Source of the DNA: Hydrolagus colliei
Lineage: Eukaryota
Reading direction: 5' to 3'
Assembly (NCBI GenBank): GCA_035084275.1
Contig: CM068746.1
Span: forward strand, 35,340,001-35,404,000
Length of the DNA stretch: 64,000 bases
In this document: in pieces, positions 26,691-37,833 of the stretch
How the letters are laid out: each line of letters starts with the position of its first letter
Position numbering within the stretch: position 1 is the first letter of the stretch
Made by a program: the position numbers and the translations under genes
Notes under the pieces: model-generated
What the model was told of the DNA's origin: nothing
Databases searched by the model: none
What the model saw: only the letters and a program-made list of their open reading frames with translations

Positions 26691-27106
26691 ACCTCTTCGC
26701 CACTGTTTTAGTTTTACGGGAAGAGAAAAACATAAAGGTTTTTATATCTCTATTTTCAACGTGTCAATGTCACTTGTCCCAGAAGGGGACAGCAGCTGGC
26801 TGGCATTGTCTTTCCAGATGTACAGTGGGCTGCTGAGGGATCTGAATCTGTATTGCAAGTGTGTCGAGGGAATTCATCATCGTTCGGATTAGTGATGACG
26901 AACCTGCTGTCAGGTTGCTCTGCAAACGGCTGCGACAAAGTGACATGTCTCTCTGCTCATTAATACAGGCAGCAGTTCTTCACATCTCAATTGGTGATTG
27001 ATAGTTTTCTGTAGATCCATTATCACTTGCAGATCGAAGTCAGCGGTCTTCACAGTCAGCTGTGTGTACCAGGAATTCCAGGTTTAAAGCTCCAATGGGG
27101 TTTTGT

Positions 27107-27544
27107 GGAGTCCCGTAGCTCAATGGTTAAAGCACACACCTTACAAGCGAGAGACCTGGGTTCAGTTCCTGGCAGGGTGAAAACTTGGGCAAGTTTCCTT
27201 ACTCCACACGCCTAATAACAATCCTTCTAAAAAAAACCTGGCCATTTCAATCCACGACTGTTTGTGGGACACTGCTATGCGCAATTGGTTGTCACGTTTT
27301 CCCCCACATATATAGAGTCAATTTACTTTACCCTACACGCCTGATAATAATCTCTCAAGAAAAAATATAATAAATTGGTCGTTTCAATCCACAACTCTTT
27401 GTGGGGTCACTGCTGTGCACGATTGGCTGCTGCATTTCATCCACAAAATACACAGGCAATTCTCTTTACATTTTCAGCACCTTGGAACATTCTCCCAACA
27501 TGAAAAGCTCTATACAAATCTAATTGTGTTGTTGTTTGTTGTTG
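27107..27544 (+). mobile_element. Chimeric SINE A with duplicated body and L2-type (GTT)n tail
   Basis: Head, then the body twice in tandem, then cagcaccttggaacattctcccaacatgaaaagctctatacaaat...(gtt)n. Confidence 0.8.
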
Positions 27545-27846
27545 AAATGTGGCCCTCACCTGTAGCTCTGTTTTCGGGTCTCCTCCTATCCCTTTACCCT
27601 CAGGAGCCTAAATCAATGGAGGAGGTAGTGACTACCAACTGCCTCCTCGGGCAGTCTGTTTGCACCAGCATCTGTCATTTGGAGTTCTTCCATTGAAATA
27701 ATGTATCAGCCCTCTATTTCTGAGGCTAGTGACCCTTATACATTTCATTAATAGCTCATTTGCCGACAAATGTTGCCTGCAATATTTTTTTTGAACGTCC
27801 TCTCACTTGCAAGCTGTGAACTGTACTTTGTGAGAGGAAAGTTAGA

Positions 27847-28230
27847 AAACAACAACAACAAACATTTGTATCGCGCCTTTTACATCAGGAGGACGTCCCA
27901 AGGCACTGGACAGTTACTGATTCAGACCCGAGCTGAGGAAAGGGTGGTGAGGGGGGAAAGGAGTTGCTGATGGGTCCATCGAAGAGGAGAGTCTTGAGGC
28001 GAGACTTGAAGGAGGCTAGCGAGGGGGCAAGGTGGAGGGACTTCGGGATGGAGTTCCAGAGGTTGGGGGCAGAGTGGCTGAAGGCTCGCCCGCCAATGAT
28101 TGGGCGGGTGGGTCAAGCGATGTGGAGCAGGCCAGGGTCTGCTGAACGGAGGGGGCGGGCAGGTTGTTAAGGGGACAGGAGGTCACGGATGTAGGGTGAG
28201 GTAAGATTGTGGAGGGCTTTAACGTGAAAA
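27847..28230 (-). mobile_element. L2-type LINE 3' fragment
   Basis: (AAC)n tail and conserved terminal stem-loop; homologous to 58594-59192. Confidence 0.85.
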
Positions 28231-28337
28231 CATTTGATGTGAAAAATGTCAGATTGAATTTGATAATTTCTGTTCTGTTCCTATCATTATTAGTAGTAGT
28301 ATTATTAATGATATAAAATTCATTTTTATACTTGCAG

Positions 28338-28525
28338 ATTATCAGCGGCTGATGACAGTGGCTGAAGGCGTCACCACTCTTCTCTTCCCATTCCAATGGC
28401 AGCACGTCTATGTTCCCATTCTTCCGGCTTCTCTCCTGCATTTCCTTGATGCACCGGTGCCGTACTTGATGGGCCTGCAGTCCAAGGAACCCAATGATCG
28501 GTCCAAGCTAGAGCTACCACAAGAG
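28338..28525 (+). CDS. DENND5B: Exon 4 (cDENN): [11 protein letters not shown]...SKLELPQE
   Basis: cttgcag|AT acceptor, GAG|gtaaag donor, 188 nt; contains the DENN motif [16 protein letters not shown]. Confidence 0.97.
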
Positions 28526-29719
28526 GTAAAGACAACAAAGTGAATCTCGCTGAGGCAGGTGTAGGAATACAAAGAGACCATTTTTCTCATTTTGTCAAAT
28601 CATAATAACAATAATAATAATTCTTGCATTTGATATAGCGCCTTTTCACAGCTTTGCTGTCCGCTTGATATGTGTGAGATGCCAAATCAAATGTAAGGAT
28701 TCATTTATTTGTTTTATTCAAAACCAAAAAATGTTCACTAGAAAATCTTTGAACAGGGATTAGAATTCATATCTCCCAGACCCAGGCTGGCGGCATCACA
28801 GAATTGACTCGTTGAATTATCTCCACAGGATACAGCACAAAGTATTGTTTGATGGGGCTGAGGACAGCAAGGTCAAACTACACAAATGTGTTCATGTATA
28901 TAGCAATGCTTATGTTGCTTAAGATTACTGCACTGAAATTAGAACTGATGGGCCTTGCCATAGAATCGCTTACACCGAGGAATGAACATGTGGGGATTGC
29001 TTCAAGGAATTGCTGAGTACCAAATTAGCTCTGTGTTTCACCCACAAAATACACAGTTACTGTATTTTACACTATATCCTGTGATGTGTCATATCAGTGG
29101 AAAGCTAAGTGGTTTTTGCTGGTTAGAATCTTGCAGTACACCAATGCACACTCTGAGGTCCCCAAGCCGAGGCCATTGCTAAGATGCCCCTAATTCTCCT
29201 GAGAATGAGGTAAACAGGATACGTACCTCCAAAGTGCTCATTCCATTCCAATAAATACCTGGTGACATTTCCATGTGTAGGTGAAATGACGGAACCCTCA
29301 GTTTGTTTTGGATAACCTTAAGCGTGGTAATGGGTTTCCACATTTGTCACATACCCGGCTGATCAAATAAAAGCCACAAGCGATATCATCATACAAGTCA
29401 GTAAATAGAGTTACAAATTTGCCATTAAAGAATTTAGCAGTGGTAGCCAGACTTTGTGAAATGAACGACACAAGTCAGTTTCATTTGGGTCATTCCCACT
29501 GACTTGCCATACAGAGCTCCTGAGTGAGTAACACAAATAACTTCAGCAATGGGAGCATTAAAATACTATACTATGTTTAGAGTGAGATAACACACAGCCC
29601 TTCAAGGATCACATAGCGGCAATACAGGAGCAAGAATAGCATTTATGAATAAAACATCCAGTCCCATGTTTCACTGAATGCACCATTCCTGGTGTTCATT
29701 GCACAAGTAGGGAGAGATG

Positions 29720-30017
29720 ACTCACAAGCGAAAGACCTGAGTTCGACTCCCGGTCAGGGCGAAACCTTGGGCAATTCTCCTTACTCCAGACGCCTGACAA
29801 TAATACCTCAAGAAAAAAAATAGTTATAATTGGTCATTTCAATCCTGTTTGTGGGACACTGCTGTGCACAATTGGCTGCTGGATTTTGCCCTCAAATCTT
29901 CAGTTAATTCACTTTACAGTATACTCGGTAAAGCACTTTGAGACATCTAGAAGTTGTAAAAAGTGCTATATCAAATGCAAGGTTTATTTCTATTATTATT
30001 ATTATTATTATTATAAT
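29720..30017 (+). mobile_element. SINE family A, short form
   Basis: B box gttcgactcc, body, long (ATT)n tail. Confidence 0.87.
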
Positions 30018-31669
30018 AAGATGCTGAATGAAATGCAAGCATTATTATTACTATTATTATTTGCATACACTTTCCACTTGGGCTTCTGCCCAGCTATCAT
30101 TTATCCAGTGTCGTTTTTAGAGCTTTTCTCTCGATGATAATATAGTCTCAACTCCCGAATGAAACCTTGTCTCCTTTCATACGTATCCCATTGTTTCTGG
30201 GTTACACAGTTCTTTTACTAGATGGTGACGCACTTGTTAAAAGCTCCACACATTAATGTTGCCAGAAACTTGTCGTCAGTCCAATTTAACACTAAAGCAA
30301 TGTCTTTCAAAGGGAGCTGTCATCTTCATGTGCACTTGTCCTGCACATTATTGAGCAACCACTTCCCTTCATTGTAAAGATATCATGTAAACGTATCTTG
30401 GCCAACAATTTCTACAGTTTCTACAGTTCCCAGTTTTGCCCCTTGTCTGTAAGAGATTTTAAAAAATGAATGACAGCCCATTGCACAGTTTGAATCTCAT
30501 TAATCACTTTGAATAAATCATATTAATCGTTTCATTGTTTTGTGTGAGATTTTCCCACGGGCATTCTGAACTCCAATCCAATGGAATTTTTTTTTCAAAA
30601 TATGCAAGTTAAGTAAATCGAAATGGAAATTGCCTTTTCAATCTCTGAACACTTTGAAAAGAACTTATAGGATTTCCATCTGTAAGCTCCTTTAAAGTAT
30701 AGGAGACTTGAGCTGCAGGAGCTAAATATGGATGTGCTCAACGAACCAAGGGAATTAGACACTTGGACGTCAAGTCCTCTTTTTAAAAAGAATGAGCATT
30801 TATAACTGTACTGTGAGTCTGAGCAACTGCAGAGACTGACAGGGTTGAGAAAAACCGAAGTTGTACGTATCTTAAGCTTGTGTTGTGTTACGGTGAAGAG
30901 GTTCCCCCATGTACCATTGAGTTGTACCAATCACTCTTGAGTGAAAAGGCTGGTCACTTGGTCTGGAAAACTTGAAAGTACAGCTTGCAAAAGTCCGACA
31001 TTTACTGTAAGATCAATGGGTGCTGATTGGGTAGCAGATCCACAGACTTGACACCAGAGCATGAAACAATGGGGCCAGAGAACTTTATGGTACAAATGAT
31101 AGTTCGGCCTATTGTGTCTGTGCAAGCTCTGAAAGAACAATCCTTTCAGCTCCATTTACCTATCTCCACCCCCCACCCCCCCAACTACTTCAGATAACTT
31201 CTCTTAAATATCAACTGCTTGCCTTTTGAAACCTAATTTGAATAATACTCCAACCACATCACCATTCCCTATCTGCCGTCTCCCAGCTGAGACAAGCTGG
31301 CATTTGACTCTCAAGGAAAAAAGTTGCATTGAATAATAATCAGTAACAAAACCTAAGGAAGCCCAGATCTATTGCATGGTTTATGAACCAGTGTTTTTAA
31401 TGGCATCTCTGGAGGAATAAATGTTACACAGAGAATGGATCTGTGATTGATGTGTTTGCCTGTTTTTGCTTCCAATCGTGTGCAGCTGGCATCTGAAATG
31501 ATAAATTCCTTTTGCCATCAAATACCTCGTCTTTGGCAAATGTGCTGTGGTGACATTACTGATATGACACTTGAACCCAGAAGTTTGTGACTCGGAGCCG
31601 AGAACCCTACCAACTCAGCCATGCTCTTTACTCCTGACTTTACAAGGCTTAATAAAAAGGGGGAAAAAA

Positions 31670-31865
31670 GTGGATGGTGGAAGCAAGTTCAATAACAACT
31701 TTCAGAGGGGAATTAGATAGTTACTTAAAAAGGAAAAAAATTGCAGGGGTATGGGGAAAGAGTGGGGGAGTGGGACTGATTGGATAGCACTTCCAAAGAG
31801 CTGACCCAGGCACGATGGGCTGAATGGCCTCCTTCCGTGCTGTAATATTCAATGATTCTGTGATT
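31670..31865 (+). mobile_element. CR1-type LINE 3' end
   Basis: Ends gatgggctgaatggcctccttccgtgctgtaatattcaatgattctgtga; homologous to 5090-5285. Confidence 0.82.
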
Positions 31866-32154
31866 TAAAAATAACTTAAGTACATTTTACAAACAGTGTA
31901 AGTCTCTAATGGCAGTATCTGAGGTGCTTGATGGCTCCAATTCAGCTCAGCTCAGTGTGTTACCTGGGCATGTGTTTCCTCACTCTTCCCAACAATAAAA
32001 TTATTATTGTTGTTGTTAATCGCATTAACTGATGGCTACGGTTTCCTTTCTGAATCCTGCAAAATTAAACCTTGCCCAGGGAGCATAGAAAACAATAACT
32101 CAGCTCAGTGAGGTGGAACAGTCTTCCCAGAGAGAAACTAATTTTTATTTTTGA

Positions 32155-32362
32155 ATAGTGCCATAGGATCTTTAACATCTATATTTTAGCAGACAGGACC
32201 TCGATGTAAGGTCTTATCCGAAGGAAGGCACCTCGAACAATGCAATACAATCCCAGCACTGCATTGGAGTGTCAACTTAGACTATGTGATTCCCGACATT
32301 GGGGTTTGAACCCACAACATTCTGACTCAGAGGCAAGAGCGCGACCACTGAGCCAGGCTGAC
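32155..32362 (-). mobile_element. DeuSINE-like family B, 5' part
   Basis: Ends ccactgagccaggctgaca (reverse complement of the head); homologous to 46888-47315. Confidence 0.78.
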
Positions 32363-32424
32363 AGGGTTGATGAGTAGAACTTGAAGGTCTTCTGGCCTAA
32401 TGCCTCTCTGTTCTCTGCTTGCAG

Positions 32425-32964
32425 GCAAACTTGTGCTTTGTGGACATTGACAACCACTTCATCGAGCTTCCAGAGGACTTCCCGCAGTTTCCCAACAAAC
32501 TGGAATTCATTCAGGAGATCTCCGAGGTGCTGCTTCAGTTTGGGATCCCACCAGAAGGTAACCTTCACTGCAGTGAAAGTGCCACCCAACTGAAGAACCT
32601 GGTGCTGGACGACCTCGCCAATGACAAAAAGAATGGAAACCTGACCAGTGAGACCATCAACATGTACCAGTTGCTGGAGGGCAACGAGACCCTGGCCCGC
32701 CTTCGGGCCTTGGCCAAGCGAACAGGGGTGACCGTGGATAAAGTGGAGATCTCGCGCCCTATGGCGGCAGAGAGGGCAAAGGACACCAAGTGGCAGTGCA
32801 CGGAGGAAGAGGTGCTGGACTACAGGCTGAACGTACAACTCCGTGAGGTCTTTGCCAACCGCTTCACTCGGATGTTTGCAGATTACGAGGCGTTCGTCAT
32901 CCAACCCACTCAGGATATGGAGTCCTGGCTCACCAATCGAGAGCAGATGCAGAATTTTGATAAG
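32425..32964 (+). CDS. DENND5B: Exon 5 (cDENN/dDENN): [11 protein letters not shown]...REQMQNFDK
   Basis: cttgcag|GCA acceptor, AAG|gtaatt donor, 540 nt. Confidence 0.97.
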
Positions 32965-33039
32965 GTAATTGATTGCACTATTTACCCCCTGCCACACACA
33001 CACACACACACACATTGATTTTTTGAACCTGTCAGCCAT

Positions 33040-33380
33040 ATAAACCACTGACCGCAGTACCTCTCTCCACACAGCAGTACCCGCTGCCTTCGCTTTACTG
33101 AGTCCAGCCTCCTCCTTGTCCCCCGAATCCTCTGCTACCCTATCAGTGGCCGTGCTTTCTACCACTATGCCCTGAAGCTTTGGAACTCCCTCCTTCAACC
33201 CCTTTGCCTCACCCCCCTCCTTTCCCATCTTCGGGTCATGCCTGAAGACCTTTCTCTTTGACCACACACAGTCACCTTCGCCCTCCCCCTGGCTCCGCCT
33301 AGGGTTCCGCCATTGTGAAGTGCTCTGAAATGCCACCTGGCGTGGAGGGCGCTATATAAATGTAAGTTATCGTTGTTGTA
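33040..33380 (+). mobile_element. L2-type LINE 3' fragment
   Basis: RAFYHYALKLWNSL-type coding remnant, terminal stem-loop, gttgttg tail. Confidence 0.8.
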
Positions 33381-33439
33381 ATAGCAGACTTCTGCTGCAC
33401 ATATATTGTCAATACAACTCCTGGCATGGCCGAAGAGCG

Positions 33440-33710
33440 CAGCAACAACCAATTATATTTATACAGCGCCGTTCAAGTCAGGGGGATGACCCAACTCTCT
33501 GGACCATCAAGGATTTGCACCTGAGCTGGGGGTAGGGATTAGGGAGGGTAGGGGTACGAGAGTGACTGAAGGCGCGGTTGAAGAGGAGGGTCTTGAAACA
33601 GGCCTTGAAGGAGGCAAGGGATGGAATGAGGTGACGGTTGAGGTTTGGGGTGGAGTTCCACATTATGGGAGCAAAAATTCCGAAGGCCCAACTGTCAATG
33701 ATAAGGGTCA
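33440..33710 (-). mobile_element. L2-type LINE 3' fragment
   Basis: Minus-strand APIMWNS...SFKACFKTLLF remnant and AAC tail. Confidence 0.75.
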
Positions 33711-34732
33711 TGAAGCAGACCAATGTCCACTGAGTTGACAGGTTGGCAGGATCACAATGCTGTATGATCAGCAGAGTCATTTGGAACCCAGCACTACGTC
33801 AATCCACAACTGTTAGTGGGTCACAGCTGTTGCCAGCATCCGAATAACGGGAGCTATATAATTGTAAGTTGTAGTCTTTCGGGGCTTCTTTGCCATGTAA
33901 TGGATAGTGTTCTGCGATAGGAAAGCTCCTGGACAGGTCACAACATGAAAGGATTTGGGGGACAGCATCCTATAACATTGTTTAGACCTCACATGTGTTA
34001 CACAGGAATTAATATATCGTACCAGGTAGGTGAATGTAGCAGCCAATTTACACACGGCAATGTGCCACAAATAGCCCAAACGCATTTTGTCTGTAAGTTT
34101 GTCACTGGGATACTGGGAGAAACTCCCTTCTCTTGTCGAATAACCCTATGAAATCTTTAACATCTACCTGAACAGGCAGACTGGGCCTCGGTTTAACGTC
34201 TTGATGTAAGAGCACAATGTCAATGCACAGCTGTATCTGAACAAATGATTAATTCATGCCCAGGATCAAATTATTTTCCAGCACACAGAATATTTGGCTA
34301 ATATTTTTAACCGGACGACTGGATTTATTTTCAATGCAGCTTTCCACCAACACCAACTTGGCATGTTTCCTCAAAGAAGTTCAGATGTGAATTCTAAATG
34401 ACAGAGTATTTCATCTTTCCTTTCCACTGAAATGCGAGTCTCCCAAGCGGAAGTGGAATTGGACAGCGTGAGAGCATGCAATCCTACTTTTGAACTTCAT
34501 TCTTCTTTGAAATGGGATAAAAAATCAGGGAATTGCTTCCATTTTTTGTGCTTCCATTTCATATTTCTGCATAAAATAAAATCACATCTCAGAAAAGGAT
34601 TCAATTTCTTACACCACCCCTGCCTCCAGCTGCAGATTGTTTCATCAAACAACAAACTAGAACTGTTTAAGAAGCAAATCCACATTTAGATCATCTTGGA
34701 ATTCCAGTTCCTTTATCCAGACAATATTAAAA

Positions 34733-35073
34733 ATAATAATAATTTTTGCATTTGATATAGTTCTTTATCAAGCCATTGAGACATCTAGGAGCACTTCACA
34801 GAATATATTGTCTATTTTGTGGATGAAATGCAGCAGCCAACCGCTCACAGCAGTGTCCCACAAACAGATGTGATTGAGTGGAGAATTTTGAGGGATTATT
34901 ACCTCCCGAAAGCAATTTGCCAATCGACTTAACAACCAGATTTATATGTACTGCTAGATAAGCAAAGCGGTGTACAGTAAGGAAATCTGCCTAAGGTTTC
35001 ACCCTGCCCATGAATCAAACCCGGATCCTCTCGCTTGCGAGGCGAGTGTTCTAACCTCTATGCTACGGGACTC
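34733..35073 (-). mobile_element. SINE family A, long form
   Basis: Tail, body, internal module and head all recognisable. Confidence 0.85.
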
Positions 35074-35339
35074 CCAATTTCCCGTCATTTCCTGAATTTA
35101 GCCATTTCACATGAACGCAAGTCTTTGATCCATGGAGCCCAGGCTCCTTTTGTTAGGTCCCAGTACTGTGTTACTGTGATGATGAATGAAGAGCGGTGTG
35201 GACATGCATTGAGCTGATAGGATATTTCTGTTGGCACTCTAGGATTTTCTCCTCATCCGTATGTGCTTTCCATCAAATATTATGGTGAACCTCAAGAGGC
35301 AGCCATACCTGATGGTGATCTGCTTGAAATGACTATCTC

Positions 35340-35750
35340 TCGCTAGCTCAATTGACAATGCTCTCGCCTCGAAGTCCAAGGGTTGTGGGTGCAAGTCCCA
35401 CGTTGGGACTCAGTACCCCTTTTGTCTATCCAGATACTATTGAGGCACTGACAAGTTCTGCATTATTAGAAGAGGTGAAAAAATTAAACTGAGGTTTCCA
35501 TCTGCATGTTCAGGTAGACATTCAAGATCCCGTGGCATCATTTTGAAAAGAGAAGGGAGTTTCTCTCTCCTGGCATCATGGCCAACATTCCCCCAAATAA
35601 GATTGTTTCTTCACTTTGTGTCCAAATTGGCTGCTACATTTGCTCCCAAAATACACAGTTCTTGAACTTTACAATCTATCCTGTGAAGTGCTTTGAGATG
35701 TCTCGACATCATGATGAGATGCTACTTTAAAGACAAGGATAATAATTATT
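35340..35750 (+). mobile_element. DeuSINE-like family B, near full length
   Basis: tRNA-like head, Deu-type core, shared tail. Confidence 0.78.
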
Positions 35751-36002
35751 ACTCCATTCAATATGCAACTAACATTGCAAATACAGGATTATCTCCACAG
35801 CACAAACAATCTGTGCTCAGTGAAAGATCATTTTGATAAATCAGGACAATTATACTTCAATTTAAGTACTTTCTAGAACTAAAATAAAAGGTGGACAAAC
35901 TCAGCCAATGTAGGAGAAACTGAAACATCGAAGATTTTTTATTAATGGTCTTTGAGAGACATGTGTGTGAGATGTAAAATACTGATTGCTTTTTACTCGC
36001 AG

Positions 36003-36234
36003 GCTTCATTTCTCTGTGACCAGTCGGAACCCTCCCTCCCCTTCCTCTCTCACTTCATCGAAACTCAGATGTTTGCCACGTTCATTGACAATAAAATCAT
36101 GTCTCTGTGGGAGGAGAAGGACCCCCTACTCAGAGTGTTCGACTCACGAATTGAGAAGCTAAAGATGTACAATGTGCGAATCCCTACACTCCGCACCTCA
36201 AACTACCAGAAATGCACAGTCTTAAAAGAAGCCG
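36003..36234 (+). CDS. DENND5B: Exon 6 (dDENN): ASFLCDQSEP...KCTVLKEA
   Basis: ctcgcag|GCT acceptor, GCCG|gtgagt donor, 232 nt; FIETQMFATFID motif. Confidence 0.96.
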
Positions 36235-36714
36235 GTGAGTACTGGTTTTCTCTGCTTCTCTCTCTCTCTCTGTCTGGTCATTCTTTTTTGCATTTTATTT
36301 TGACACTTTCTTCAGATGACATGTTAACTAACATTTAATAATTGTCTACTTATTCAGGCGTTACTCAAAAAGAAAAGGGAGTTTATGTCTGCCGGTATCC
36401 TGGCCAACAATACCCTAAATAAAATTGGTCACTTATTCCATGGTTGTTTGTGGCAAACTGGTTGCCACATTCACCCACTAAACACAGTCATATCACTTTA
36501 CAGTGAATCCTAGAAAGTACTTTGAGACATCCTCCAGACATGAAATTTAAGGATTATCATTATTAAGTCATGATTTATTCCTTGTACTCAGTAGAAACTG
36601 AAGCAATGTTCCCACAAAATCGATTGCTATCCATTAAGTCCATTATAATCGCACTTTGTAGTGGGTTCATCGAACTGTGAATCAGTGGAGAGCGGTGGCT
36701 CTGACTGAACTATA

Positions 36715-36990
36715 GTAATACTAATAATAATCCTAGCATTTGATATAGCACTTTATCACGTCATTGAGATGTCTCAAATTGATTCACAGAATATACTGTA
36801 AACTGTATTGACCGTATATTTTGTGGGTCAAATACGGCAGACAATTGTGCACAACGATACCCCAAAAACAATCGTGGATTGAGTGACAAAATTATTATTA
36901 TTATATCTTTTTTATTTGAATGGATTATTACCCATGGAGAGCAATCTGCCAATCAACTCACATTCTGGTTCCTGCTTACTGCTAAATAAA
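36715..36990 (-). mobile_element. SINE family A, long form, head missing
   Basis: Matches other copies. Confidence 0.8.
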
Positions 36991-37616
36991 CAAAACTGCT
37001 TGTAGTTTTGCACTGTGCTCACGATACACCTGTGACAATCAGCAGTTGACCAGCTGAACAGGGGTATGGATTGCCTTTCTCGCTAGATAATCTTACGAAC
37101 AAGTGGCAAATCCTTTTCTTCATTTCTTTTCCCACACTTTCTGTGAGCTACTTGTGAGCTGATCATTCACATGTGGAATGGAAAGTCCATTGTGAATCGA
37201 ATTTCTCAGCAAATCGGTCAGGAAAAGTGAGTGAATTGGTTTGTGAGGAAAGATTGTAGAATGTGACACTATTCTTGGCATGGGCATTCAGGATTATAAA
37301 TTTACATGCGAAAGTCATTGCCACATGAGTTTTATAATTGGTTCTTGAAACAGACCAAGTGATTCTTCTCCCCTTGGAACACATTATTTTGGACATATAG
37401 GCTTGCAACCTAACTGCTCCCATTCTCTGCAACTTCACCCTGGAGACCCTCCGACTTACTCTCACCTCACATCTTTCAAGGTCTGTCTCAAGACCTACCT
37501 CTTTAATTCCGCCTTTGGTTAACTTTCGCATCCCACCCCCTCGGCTCCCACCCCTAGTGCTTGGGTGCCAAGCCGGGACTGTTGAGCACCTTGGCATGTC
37601 TTCCCGAAAGGTACTC

Positions 37617-37833
37617 CAGTAAAAGCCCGTTTATCTGGCACCCTCGGGACCTGGCCAAAGCTGGTTAAAGCACGTGCCGGATACTCGGCCAAAATCCCTC
37701 CGCTACCCCCAAAAAAAAATGTAATGCACTTTTCCGGATAAATTCCGGTTTATCGAATGCGGACCTTTTTTTTGCAATGCTGGTTATACGAAAGTTATAG
37801 TTGATCGGTTGCCTGATAAATGGACTTTTACTG
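37617..37833. mobile_element. 217-bp MITE with 24-bp TIRs (Tc1/mariner-pogo/Tigger type) nested in an L2 3' tail
   Basis: Left TIR CAGTAAAAGCCCGTTTATCTGGCA; right TIR reverse complement CAGTAAAAGTCCATTTATCAGGCA (21/24). Right flank TA, left flank TC (mutated TSD). Confidence 0.85.

Noticed and set aside
30622-30805. Coding-looking stretch (RRLELQELNMDVLNEPRELD)
   Set aside because: Flanked by in-frame stops, without a clear splice pair or recognisable homology.
32272-33336. 354-aa ORF on the minus strand
   Set aside because: It is the antisense shadow of GC-rich exon 5 extended through a CA repeat and an L2 fragment; no recognisable protein features.
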